Shown: positions 15,621 to 23,546 of the stretch, piece by piece
Position numbering within the stretch: the first letter of the stretch is position 1
Layout: each line of letters opens with the position of its first letter
Source of the DNA: Nanobdellota archaeon
Lineage (GTDB): Archaea > Nanobdellota > Nanobdellia > Woesearchaeales > UBA10107
Direction of reading: 5' to 3'
NCBI GenBank assembly: GCA_038045085.1
Contig: JBBSYT010000078.1
Coordinates: 1-34,762, forward strand
Length of the DNA: 34,762 nt
Program-made: the position numbers and the translations under genes
The notes under the pieces: generated by a model
Told to the model about the DNA's origin: nothing
Database searches by the model: none
What the model saw: the letters and a program-made list of their open reading frames with translations, nothing else

Positions 15621-15784
15621 GGCTCTGTCCTAAGAGTCAATTTTTAGCATCAATATGTGAGGCTTCATTATGTTAAACGACAGGCATTTTTCGGGGTTCC
15701 AGATAGAAAAATGCTTTATAGATTATTTTCACAAGCCGAACCGATGCTAAAAATCATAGTAATCCAGAGATTTAGGACAGAGCC
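15621..15784 (+). ncRNA. Structured hairpin-type element, copy 2 (unassigned candidate ncRNA)
   Basis: Stems GGCTCTGTCCTAA/TTAGGACAGAGCC, TTTTTAGCATC/GATGCTAAAAA and GGCTT/AAGCC. Central hairpin GCATTTTTC-GGGGTTCCAGATA-GAAAAATGC at 15684-15714. Strand is uncertain. Confidence 0.5.
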
Positions 15785-15801
15785 CGCCCCCCATAGCAAT
15801 A

Positions 15802-15810
15802 TTTATAAAT
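15802..15810 (+). promoter_or_regulatory. TATA box for the rpl1 operon
   Basis: TTTATAAAT lies 18 nt after the element end. A leader of about 40 nt carries GAAGGGT ahead of the ATG at 15874. Confidence 0.5.
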
Positions 15811-15873
15811 ACCTTCAAAACTCAGAATCATATCCCGATTAACTATCAGCCTAGGCTTATAGAAGGGTCAAAA

Positions 15874-16521
15874 ATGGATCAAAAACAAGCATTAACGGCA
15901 TTGAATAAATTAAAAGAAACTTCTCCTAAAAGGAATTTCAAACAAGGAATTGATCTTATTATTACTTTCAAAGATATTGACATGAAGAAAACAGATAATC
16001 AATTAACTCTGTTTGCCAATATCCCACATCCGCCAAAAGAATTCAAGATTTGCGCTTTGGTTGGACCTGAAATGAAGGAAGAAGCTAAGCCTGCAGATAA
16101 AGTTGTTCTTCTTGATGAATTTGAAAGGTATAAAACAGATAAAAAAGCAGCAAAAAAACTTTCAAATGATTTTGATTTCTTTGTTGCACAATCAAACTTA
16201 ATGGCTCAAGTTGCGGCCTCATTCGGTAGACTTTTAGGTCCTAAAGGAAAAATGCCGAATCCAAAAGCAGGAGGAGTTGTTCTTCCAAAAACTAACCTTA
16301 AACCAATCGTTGAAAAACTTAAAAAAACGGCAAAGTTAACTTCAAGAAATACCTTAATGGTGCAATGTTCTATCGGAAAAGAAGATATGGATGAAAATAA
16401 AGTTGTTGAAAATGCTGTTACAATTTACAATCAAGTTTTACATGCAATGCCGCAGGAGAAAAACAATATCAAAGAAGTTATGCTTAAATTAACAATGAGC
16501 AAACCGGTGAAAGTGGAATGA
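15874..16521 (+). CDS. rpl1: 50S ribosomal protein uL1
   Basis: Typical uL1 sequence (NFKQGIDLII, FDFFVAQSNLMAQV, LGPKGKMPNPK) and its position ahead of P0/P1. Confidence 0.9.
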   Translation: MDQKQALTALNKLKETSPKRNFKQGIDLIITFKDIDMKKTDNQLTLFANIPHPPKEFKICALVGPEMKEEAKPADKVVLLDEFERYKTDKKAAKKLSNDFDFFVAQSNLMAQVAASFGRLLGPKGKMPNPKAGGVVLPKTNLKPIVEKLKKTAKLTSRNTLMVQCSIGKEDMDENKVVENAVTIYNQVLHAMPQEKNNIKEVMLKLTMSKPVKVE

Positions 16522-17315
16522 CGAAGCACAAAGTAAAAATAACTCCGGACAAGAAAAGACAGGTTGATGAGTTTGCAAAACTTTTAGCAGAATATCCCAT
16601 AATCGGAATCATAAATTTAGAATCAATGCCGAGCAAGCAATTGCAAGCATCAAGAGGAAAATTAAGAAAAGACGTCATTATAAAAATGACAAAAAGAAGA
16701 TATTTGAAATTAGCAATAGATAAAGTTAAAGACAAGAAACCGGGAATTGAAAAAATATTAGAACACTGTGGCGGAATGCCTGCATTAATGTTTACAAAAG
16801 AAAATCCTTTCAAAATTGCGAACACAATAAAAAGATCCAAATCAAAATCACCAATTAAAGCAGGACAAAAGGCTCCTTTTGATATAATTGTTCCAAAAGG
16901 ACCAACTCCTTTCTCACCGGGTCCTGTCATTTCAGAATTAGCTGGATTAAGAATCAAAGCCGGTGTTGAAGCTGGAAAAATCGCAATCAAAGAAGATGCT
17001 TTAGTTTTGAAAGAAGGAGATGTTTGTTCAATGCCACTTTCAAGCATGTTAATGAGATTAAGCATTGAACCAATGGAAATTGGATTAAGTTTAGTTGCAG
17101 TTTATGAAAATGGAATTATTTATGGAAAAGATGTATTATCAATTGACGAAGTTAAATTAAAATCAGATTTCACCTTGGCACACACATGGGCATTTAATTT
17201 GGCCATGGAAGCTGAAATTATAAACAAACAAACAGTAGAATTCATGCTGATGAAGGCAGAAATGCAGGCACAAGCTTTGCAATCTGCGTCACAATCAAAA
17301 TCAACGGAGGAATAA
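16518..17315 (+). CDS. rplP0: 50S ribosomal stalk protein uL10 (P0)
   Basis: ATGA overlap with rpl1. P0-like sequence ([30 protein letters not shown]). Confidence 0.9.
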   Translation: MTKHKVKITPDKKRQVDEFAKLLAEYPIIGIINLESMPSKQLQASRGKLRKDVIIKMTKRRYLKLAIDKVKDKKPGIEKILEHCGGMPALMFTKENPFKIANTIKRSKSKSPIKAGQKAPFDIIVPKGPTPFSPGPVISELAGLRIKAGVEAGKIAIKEDALVLKEGDVCSMPLSSMLMRLSIEPMEIGLSLVAVYENGIIYGKDVLSIDEVKLKSDFTLAHTWAFNLAMEAEIINKQTVEFMLMKAEMQAQALQSASQSKSTEE

Positions 17316-17316
17316 A

Positions 17317-17610
17317 ATGGAATATGTATACGCAGCATTGTTAATCCACAAAGCGGGACATAAAGTGGATGAACATAACCTGAAAAAAGTATTGGAAGCT
17401 GCTGGTACAAAAGTAGACGATGCAAGAGTTAAAGCAACTGTTGCTGCTCTCGATGGAGTAAACATTGATGAAGCAATAACAAAAGCTGCGGCAATGCCTG
17501 CTGCAAGTGCTCCTGCTCAAACTGCTGGACCAGCCAAAAAGGAAGAAAAGAAAGACGAAAAGAAATCAGAAGAGTCAGCTGCTGCCGGACTAGGCGCACT
17601 ATTCGGCTGA
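17317..17610 (+). CDS. rpl12: 50S ribosomal stalk protein P1 (aL12)
   Basis: [11 protein letters not shown]... with an Ala/Lys/Glu hinge and the conserved tail GLGALFG. Confidence 0.9.
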   Translation: MEYVYAALLIHKAGHKVDEHNLKKVLEAAGTKVDDARVKATVAALDGVNIDEAITKAAAMPAASAPAQTAGPAKKEEKKDEKKSEESAAAGLGALFG

Positions 17611-17650
17611 TTTAGAGTATCTTTTTTTCAAAAATGAGAAAACACATACC

Positions 17651-18535
17651 ATGGACAACGACCGAGACCTTAATAGTTTGAAGAACGAACTTAATCAAAC
17701 AGACAAGAAAAAAGAAGAATTGTTTGCACAAAGTAAAGAAAATAGAAATAAGTTCAACGAATTAAGGTCTAAACTTAATCTTCTTAAAAAAGAAAGAAAC
17801 TCTTTAACTGATTCTGTTAAAAAAATTAAAACTGAAAGAGACGAGCTTAACAATCAATTGAAAGTTAAGATTGATAATTTTAAAAAAATAGCACCTCCCA
17901 AAAAACAAGAAAAACCAAAAGTTCAGGTTAATGTCAGTTTTATCAAAAAAGAAATTAAAGCAATGGAATATAAAGTTGAAACGGAAGGATTAAGTTTTGA
18001 TAAAGAACAAAAATTGATGAAAATAATCAAGGAAAAAAGAAAACAATTAGAAGAAGCTAGCCCTCATGCTGGATTAAATCCTGAAGCTCGGAAACTTTCT
18101 GATGAAATTGATTCTATAAGAGCTAAGGCTGACGAAAAACATAGAGAGATGAGAGTTAAAGCAGATGAAAGCCAGAAGAAACATGAAGAAGTTATTTCAA
18201 TTTCAAATCGGATGATTGAGTTAGACAATAAACAAAAAGAAGTTGAAATTGAAATAAGAGAATCTAAACAGAAAATAAATGAAACTAATGAAAAGCTTGG
18301 AGCTAAACTTGAACAAGCAGTTGCACATAAAAAAGAATATCACAAAGAAGCACCAAGAAGAGAGCAAAAACAGCACAGAAATAACAGAAGAGAATATCCG
18401 AGACATAAAGATGACAGAAGAGATCATGGTCCGAGAGTTAACATTGAACAAATGCAGCACAAAGCTGAAGAAAAATTAAAAAAAGGCGGTAAATTGACGA
18501 CAGAAGATTTACTTGCTTTTCAGAATAAAAAATAG
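17651..18535 (+). CDS. Archaeal coiled-coil protein (COG1340-like) with a basic C-terminal region
   Basis: Continuous K/E heptad-like sequence. The position after the stalk operon is common in archaea. Family assignment is tentative. Confidence 0.55.
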   Translation: MDNDRDLNSLKNELNQTDKKKEELFAQSKENRNKFNELRSKLNLLKKERNSLTDSVKKIKTERDELNNQLKVKIDNFKKIAPPKKQEKPKVQVNVSFIKKEIKAMEYKVETEGLSFDKEQKLMKIIKEKRKQLEEASPHAGLNPEARKLSDEIDSIRAKADEKHREMRVKADESQKKHEEVISISNRMIELDNKQKEVEIEIRESKQKINETNEKLGAKLEQAVAHKKEYHKEAPRREQKQHRNNRREYPRHKDDRRDHGPRVNIEQMQHKAEEKLKKGGKLTTEDLLAFQNKK

Positions 18536-18712
18536 TTACTTTTTTCTAAATAAATACTTAACTCCGAATACCAAATAAAGAATAACTAAAATAATTAATA
18601 TAATCGGAAGCATAATCAGCCCCAAAAACAAGAAAAACATTATTATTAAAATAGCAACTATCAAAAACAATAATCCAACGAAATAATTCTTTGTTGTGAA
18701 GACTTTAATCAT
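18536..18712 (-). CDS. Possible 58-aa two-TM micro-protein (below the ORF-track cut-off)
   Basis: My own translation: MIKVFTTKNYFVGLLFLIVAILIIMFFLFLGLIMLPIILIILVILYLVFGVKYLFRKK. The start overlaps the stop of a 34-aa ORF as ATGA. Confidence 0.35.
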   Translation of the reverse strand: MIKVFTTKNYFVGLLFLIVAILIIMFFLFLGLIMLPIILIILVILYLVFGVKYLFRKK

Positions 18713-18813
18713 TTATCCCATGTTTTATTATCTTTTTCATTATCCCATAATTCTTTCATTTTCTCTTTTTGTATCTCGCAGAGATATTTATCGGATTGTT
18801 TATTTGTGACCAT
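18709..18813 (-). CDS. Possible 34-aa hydrophilic micro-protein
   Basis: My own translation: MVTNKQSDKYLCEIQKEKMKELWDNEKDNKTWDK. ATGA coupling to 18536..18712. An AT-rich TATA-like stretch lies upstream. Weak support. Confidence 0.25.
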   Translation of the reverse strand: MVTNKQSDKYLCEIQKEKMKELWDNEKDNKTWDK

Positions 18814-18914
18814 TTATGTTCCAGATATTCCTTCAAATAGATTCTGCTTTGTCTATTTAAATAAACCTCTCAAAATCCGCAAAGCTTATAAATAAGTAAA
18901 GCTTACTTTATGCT

Positions 18915-19178
18915 ATGGTAATTGAAGAAATTGTAAAAATAGGAAAGCGAGGACAGATAACACTTCCAACAAGAATAAGAAAAACGGAACATCTGAAAGA
19001 AGGTGATTTCTTGGAAATGGCTGACGTTGGCGGAGTCATAACCCTGAGAAGAGTTGAAAAAACTCCAACAGTGATTGATTTGTTCAAAGAAGTTGGAGAA
19101 GCATTAAAACGAGAGGGCATAACGACAAGAGAAAAAGCCCTTAGACTCGCGGAAGAGGTTAAGAGAGAGGTCTCTTGA
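18915..19178 (+). CDS. vapB: AbrB/SpoVT-family antitoxin (VapB-like)
   Basis: KIGKRGQITLPTRIRKTEHLKEGDFLEM is the swapped-hairpin AbrB/MazE motif. TATA box GCTTATAAATA lies about 27 nt upstream. Overlaps the PIN gene. Confidence 0.75.
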   Translation: MVIEEIVKIGKRGQITLPTRIRKTEHLKEGDFLEMADVGGVITLRRVEKTPTVIDLFKEVGEALKREGITTREKALRLAEEVKREVS

Positions 19179-19612
19179 TAAAGGTTGTTCTAGACACCAA
19201 TGTATTTGTTGTAGGATTTATCGATCTCGCACAAGGAATAGAATCTGCAGAGGTTAAAATACTAAAGAACCTTCTCAATAAGAACAATACTATTTTACTT
19301 TCTATTCCAATTGAAGAACAAATAATGAGAGTTATTACAAGAGTCAAGGACAAAAACTTTGCAGGATTAATTAGACATACAATTTGGTCAGATTTTGCGG
19401 CTGAATTCGTGGATGTGGATAAAAATAAAAGAACTATTGAAAGTTTCAAAAATAAAGTACCAAGAAAAGACTTGGGAATTTTCTTGACAGCGTTTATTGG
19501 AAAAGCCGACTATTTAATTTCAAACGATAGAGAATTTTTAGATTCAGCATCGAAATGCCAAAATGAATTTAAGTGCATTAGCCCGAATGAATTTTTGAAT
19601 TTCTTAGAATAA
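19175..19612 (+). CDS. vapC: PIN-domain ribonuclease toxin (VapC-like)
   Basis: N-terminal KVVLDTNVF and a later ISNDREF acidic motif. TTG start overlaps the vapB stop as TTGA. Confidence 0.7.
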   Translation: MIKVVLDTNVFVVGFIDLAQGIESAEVKILKNLLNKNNTILLSIPIEEQIMRVITRVKDKNFAGLIRHTIWSDFAAEFVDVDKNKRTIESFKNKVPRKDLGIFLTAFIGKADYLISNDREFLDSASKCQNEFKCISPNEFLNFLE

Positions 19613-19616
19613 TTAA

Positions 19617-20885
19617 TCACATTATTTCCCCCTTCAAGTCCAAATGACTCGCATCTTTTATCTTAACATTGACTTCATCTCCAATCTTGAAGTCTCCTTT
19701 AACAATAATCTGTTTGTACGAATCATTCTTTCCAATCCAAGTATTATTTTTTCCTTTTTCAGTGATTAATATTCTTTCTGTTCTGCCAATCCATTTCTGA
19801 CTGTTTTCTTTTGCAATTTTCTTGAACAAATTCATAACCTCAATTGTTCTTCGTTTGGATTCTTTTCCATCAACTTGCTTCATTTTTGCAGCGGGTGTAC
19901 CAGGACGTGACCAAAATCTTGAATAATTTATCATATCTGGTCTTGTTTTCCTTATAACATTCATAGTTTCTTCAAAATCTTTTTCAGTTTCCGTTGGAAA
20001 TCCACAAATAATATCAGTTGCGATTGAAATTTCGGGTATTTCTCTCCTAAATGCAGAAACAATCTTAACAAAATCTTCTGCAGAATAACCTCTCTTCATA
20101 TCATCTAGAACTTTATCCGAACCTGCCTGCAAAGGAACATGAATGAACTTTAATATTTTATCGTTCTTCATTACGTTGATTAAATCATTTAAATAAGGAA
20201 GCATATGCTTCGGATTTCCCATTCCTACTCTAATTTTGAAATCTTTTTTAATAGTTAAAATTTGTTTTAATAATTCAACTAAGTTCGTTTTGATATCTAA
20301 GCCATAAACAGAATTATCTTGTGAAGTTAACCAAATCTCTTTTGTATTATTATCAACTGCATTTGAGATATGTCTTACAATATCTTTTATTGAATAAGAT
20401 TTTAAGTTTCCACGAGCGTGTTTTGTCTTGCAAAACGTACAAGCATTCAAACAACCTTGACTTATCGTAACAATCTCAATAAATTCATTTTTTCTTACTT
20501 TTGGAAGATTTAGCCGTCCTTCATCTTCTCGTTCTAGGAAAGAAACTACTTTGCACTTCAGTGTGGCTTCAACTGCTTCAACAATTCGTTTAATTTGATA
20601 CGTTCCAACTTTAGAATAATTCTTGAAATCGTTTAATTGTGATTGTGGGATACACCCGGCGATGATAACTTTTTTATCAGAATATTTCTGCTCTAATTCA
20701 TTTAATCGTCTTTGGAAAGAACTAACGGAAGGTGATTTTACGGTGCATGTATTGACTATGACTACATCAGAATCTTCTAGATTATTAACTAATTCAAAGC
20801 CTTCTTTCCTAAGTAACCCCATCATTACTTCCGAGTCTGCTACGTTTGCAGAGCAACCCTGTGTTATGAAATGAACTTTTACCAT
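19617..20885 (-). CDS. MiaB-like radical-SAM tRNA methylthiotransferase, archaeal/CDKAL1 type
   Basis: MTTase N-domain (FITQGCSANVADSE), radical-SAM CLNACTFC, and a C-terminal TRAM-like beta domain. Confidence 0.85.
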   Translation of the reverse strand: MVKVHFITQGCSANVADSEVMMGLLRKEGFELVNNLEDSDVVIVNTCTVKSPSVSSFQRRLNELEQKYSDKKVIIAGCIPQSQLNDFKNYSKVGTYQIKRIVEAVEATLKCKVVSFLEREDEGRLNLPKVRKNEFIEIVTISQGCLNACTFCKTKHARGNLKSYSIKDIVRHISNAVDNNTKEIWLTSQDNSVYGLDIKTNLVELLKQILTIKKDFKIRVGMGNPKHMLPYLNDLINVMKNDKILKFIHVPLQAGSDKVLDDMKRGYSAEDFVKIVSAFRREIPEISIATDIICGFPTETEKDFEETMNVIRKTRPDMINYSRFWSRPGTPAAKMKQVDGKESKRRTIEVMNLFKKIAKENSQKWIGRTERILITEKGKNNTWIGKNDSYKQIIVKGDFKIGDEVNVKIKDASHLDLKGEIM

Positions 20886-20984
20886 GTAACGAACCCTTCA
20901 ATACAAAGTTATAAGCTTTTGGTCTAGTATCCTTTTGGTGACTAAAAAGACAATCGTTATAAAATAGCTGAGTTGGGAGCAAGT

Positions 20985-21614
20985 ATGCCATATCAATTAA
21001 ATGATAGTAAGATACGGAAAATCGCAAAATACTATGAAGAATACAAAGCCAATTCTTCTTTAAATCATGAGAAGATTGGACGATTCTGTGAAGTAAGCCC
21101 CATTACTGTGAAATACTATTTTATGGCCTTTGATAATCACGGGATAGAATCTGTTGTAAATAGAAAGATAAGTCCGCACGATCATTTTGTAAATTTAAAT
21201 AAAAATAAAACTTTGAAATATGCTCTGCGTGCAAAAGAACTCGAAGAAAAATCAAAAAGAACTCTCAATGCTTCATTCAGATCTTATTTGAATATGATTG
21301 AAAAAGAAGACTTATTTGAGAAAAGAGCCACATATGGCGGAACGATAATTAAAATAATATTGGATGAGAAACTCAATACAGAAAAAATAACAGCAGCAAG
21401 AGAAATGGAAGTAACTGCAAGCTCACTCACAAGATACTGTGGCGGAGAAAGAGTTCCGAGAAACAATAAAACTAAAAAATTATTTAGATTCTTAGAACTT
21501 CCTGAACACATAACGACGCTGGATGACATATTCGAAATGATGCCAGATCTTACGACATCAAAAAACGTAGAACTAGATTTAAGAATTTATTTAAAAGAAC
21601 AAAGAATAATTTAA
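20985..21614 (+). CDS. Hypothetical protein with two HTH-like segments
   Basis: The segments EKIGRFCEVSPITVKYYF and AAREMEVTASSLTRYCGG look HTH-like. I preferred the ATG at 20985 over the tracked TTG at 20973. Confidence 0.5.
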   Translation: MPYQLNDSKIRKIAKYYEEYKANSSLNHEKIGRFCEVSPITVKYYFMAFDNHGIESVVNRKISPHDHFVNLNKNKTLKYALRAKELEEKSKRTLNASFRSYLNMIEKEDLFEKRATYGGTIIKIILDEKLNTEKITAAREMEVTASSLTRYCGGERVPRNNKTKKLFRFLELPEHITTLDDIFEMMPDLTTSKNVELDLRIYLKEQRII

Positions 21615-21811
21615 GCCTTAATTCTTTCCATATAACCGCATTTACCGCAAGATTTTCTATCTTTGTGATGTGCAAGCAAAGAACCTTCACATTTAGGGCA
21701 TAAACCGCCCTTTCTGATTAATTTGTTTCCTTCAACTTTGTAAGCTTTGTAAATCTGATATGATTTTCCTTTTGCTACTGCCTTTGGAGCTGCTTTATTT
21801 GGTGCTGCCAT
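21611..21811 (-). CDS. rps27ae: 30S ribosomal protein eS31 (S27ae)
   Basis: Zn ribbon CPKCEGSLLAHHKDRKSCGKCGY. Position downstream of S24e. Confidence 0.85.
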   Translation of the reverse strand: MAAPNKAAPKAVAKGKSYQIYKAYKVEGNKLIRKGGLCPKCEGSLLAHHKDRKSCGKCGYMERIKA

Positions 21812-21812
21812 T

Positions 21813-22127
21813 TTACTGAGCTGCCACCACTTTCTTTTCTAGCTTCGGAATATTGAATCCAATTTTAACTAGCATTTTTCTCTCTTCAATTCTGTTTCTT
21901 TCTTCTTTTGTTTTGTATGAATAAGCAAGAACTTTAGCTTTGTGTGTTCCAAAAGCAACTTTAATGTTTTTTACAACAACCAAATCCGGTTCTACTGATA
22001 ATGATTTAGCGATTGTTTCAAGTACTTCTTTTCTTGGAGGAACTCCTTTTTCAAATTCCAAATCTGCTTCTACTTTATGTCTTGATAAAAGCTGTTCTTC
22101 GTGGTTTTTAGTTATTTTCAGTTTCAT
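21813..22127 (-). CDS. rps24e: 30S ribosomal protein eS24
   Basis: NHEEQLLSRHKVEADLEFE..PPRKEV...FGTHKAKVLAYSY matches the S24e pattern. Confidence 0.85.
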   Translation of the reverse strand: MKLKITKNHEEQLLSRHKVEADLEFEKGVPPRKEVLETIAKSLSVEPDLVVVKNIKVAFGTHKAKVLAYSYKTKEERNRIEERKMLVKIGFNIPKLEKKVVAAQ

Positions 22128-22128
22128 T

Positions 22129-22314
22129 TTATCTGCACTTTATTGCATATTCTCCGTTTTCGTGATAATTGCCTTTCTTTGCAATTTCTGACTTTGAAGC
22201 ATCAACAATATTTATTTTACCCTGACAGCTTGCAGCTACGTCCGCCGAATGGCATCTAGGACAAACATCTCCTTCGTAAAATAATTTATCTCTCTTGCAT
22301 AGTTTCTTTTTCAT
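22129..22314 (-). CDS. spt4: Transcription elongation factor Spt4 (RpoE'')
   Basis: CxxD...CPRCH zinc motif and the conserved SEIAKK segment. 61 aa. Sits between rpoE' and S24e, as is typical in archaea. Confidence 0.8.
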   Translation of the reverse strand: MKKKLCKRDKLFYEGDVCPRCHSADVAASCQGKINIVDASKSEIAKKGNYHENGEYAIKCR

Positions 22315-22330
22315 TTTTCACCTTGTGAAA

Positions 22331-22382
22331 CCCAATTTTGACGAAGTCAAAATGGGCCCATCTCGACTTTGTCGAGATTGGG
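22331..22382 (-). other. Two abutting 11-bp hairpins of the same design in the rpoE'-spt4 spacer
   Basis: Plus strand reads CCCAATTTTGAC-GAA-GTCAAAATGGG (22331-22356), directly followed by CCCATCTCGAC-TTT-GTCGAGATTGGG (22357-22382). A third weaker hairpin, GCACGGC-TTT-GCCGGGC, lies at 22388-22404. Confidence 0.5.
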
Positions 22383-22405
22383 AGTTTGCACGGCTTTGCC
22401 GGGCA

Positions 22406-22996
22406 TTATTTCTTAGCTTCCTTCTTTGTAGGTTTTTCAGCTTTTGATGGAGCTAATTTCTTATTTTTATCGTCTTCAAGCCACTCTAGCTTTCCTAAAC
22501 CTGGCTGCCTCATAGTCAATCCTAATTTTGGATTTGTAAGATCTTTAAATGAAACTGCAACGACTCTTGCTCTGCATAAATCTCCAACTTTTAATGCTCT
22601 CTTTGAATCTCTTCCACTCAAAACTTTTTCTTTTGAAAATGTAACGAAGTCATCCATTGTTTGTGAAACGTGAATCATTCCTTCAATTGGACCTAAATTA
22701 ATGAATGCACCGAAATCAGCGATATCTTTTATGCTTCCGTTCAAAACTTCATGCATTTCTGGTTTGAAAGTTAATAATTCGAAAGTCGATTCGTAAAATG
22801 AAGCACCATCGCCCGGAATAACAATTCCTTCTCCAACTTCATTAATTTTTGAAACATCAATTACAACGCCTATTTCTTGGCTTATAAAACCTGAATATTT
22901 ATCTTTGACAACTTTTAGAACAGATGAAGCTACATCCTCATTAAATAAATTGGGAGGAACTCTTATGTGGTCCTTGACGGTTGTTTTGTAAAACAT
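22406..22996 (-). CDS. rpoE: DNA-directed RNA polymerase subunit E' (Rpo7) with an S1 domain
   Basis: MFYKTTVKDHIRVPP start typical of Rpo7. C-terminal S1 fold (GDLCRARVVAVS). Confidence 0.85.
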   Translation of the reverse strand: MFYKTTVKDHIRVPPNLFNEDVASSVLKVVKDKYSGFISQEIGVVIDVSKINEVGEGIVIPGDGASFYESTFELLTFKPEMHEVLNGSIKDIADFGAFINLGPIEGMIHVSQTMDDFVTFSKEKVLSGRDSKRALKVGDLCRARVVAVSFKDLTNPKLGLTMRQPGLGKLEWLEDDKNKKLAPSKAEKPTKKEAKK

Positions 22997-22997
22997 T

Positions 22998-23378
22998 TTA
23001 ATCCATTATCAGATGATTTTTCTGCCTCAACAATATTGTCCTAACCCCTTCCTTTTTAAGCTTTAGTCTTAGCTCTTTGTCATTTGTAGCGACAATATAC
23101 CCCTTTAAACCAAGGATAATCTTATCTACGTAGTCTTTAGAGGTTGTTTTTAAAGTCTTCGGTTTTTTGGCTTCTAAAATGGCCTTGGCAAGCCTTGCGG
23201 CGGCCTTCTCCTTGCCCCTTTGATGTTCTATTATTGCGTCTAGTTCGTCTAAAGACTTGTCTAGAACATATAGGTCATAAGGAACTTCCATTAGACGGTT
23301 TATTTCTTCATAGATATCTACTTTGAACTGTGCAGGAACCATTATCATGTTTGTATCGAGTAATACTTTTGCTTTCAT
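22998..23378 (-). CDS. PIN-domain protein (Fcf1/COG1412-like)
   Basis: MKAKVLLDTNMIM.. and LKGYIVATNDKELR motifs. I preferred the start at 23378. The tracked 39-aa N-terminal extension looks like non-coding promoter sequence. Confidence 0.7.
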   Translation of the reverse strand: MKAKVLLDTNMIMVPAQFKVDIYEEINRLMEVPYDLYVLDKSLDELDAIIEHQRGKEKAAARLAKAILEAKKPKTLKTTSKDYVDKIILGLKGYIVATNDKELRLKLKKEGVRTILLRQKNHLIMD

Positions 23379-23546
23379 GGTTAGGGGGGTTAATGTTGTA
23401 TTTTTAATGGTTACTTTTCTTAGTTTAGTAATATTACGATAAAAATTTAGCTGGGGCAGATGCAGGCTAGGTTCGAAATAAACTAAAAAACACAAGCAAA
23501 GTTATTTTCGTATTAATAACAAAATAAAAATATTTTGAAAAATAAT

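Noticed and set aside
15849-15858. Palindrome AGCCTAGGCT in the rpl1 leader as an L1 autoregulatory binding site (23S rRNA mimic).
   Set aside because: A 10-bp palindrome without a loop cannot form the expected helix-bulge mimic. I cannot verify similarity to the 23S L1 site without the rRNA sequence.
16484-17065. Long antisense ORFs opposite real genes, e.g. 16484..17065 opposite P0. Others are 381..656, 823..1224, 2006..2386, 3588..4025, 4842..5201, 8541..8861, 13977..14315, 22338..22673 and 30578..30892.
   Set aside because: They are F/L/S/I-rich shadow frames of K/E-rich or otherwise well-supported genes. They have no promoter or SD signals and no recognisable motifs.
21611-21614. Convergent genes 20985..21614 and rps27ae share overlapping stop codons within TTAA.
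   Set aside because: Trivial consequence of compact packing, not a regulatory feature.
23379-23495. 39-aa N-terminal extension of the PIN protein in the ORF track (start at 23495).
   Set aside because: The extension is hydrophobic and odd (MCFLVYFEPSLHLPQLNFYRN..) and covers AT-rich promoter-like sequence. The PIN motif begins right at MKAKVLLDTN (23378).
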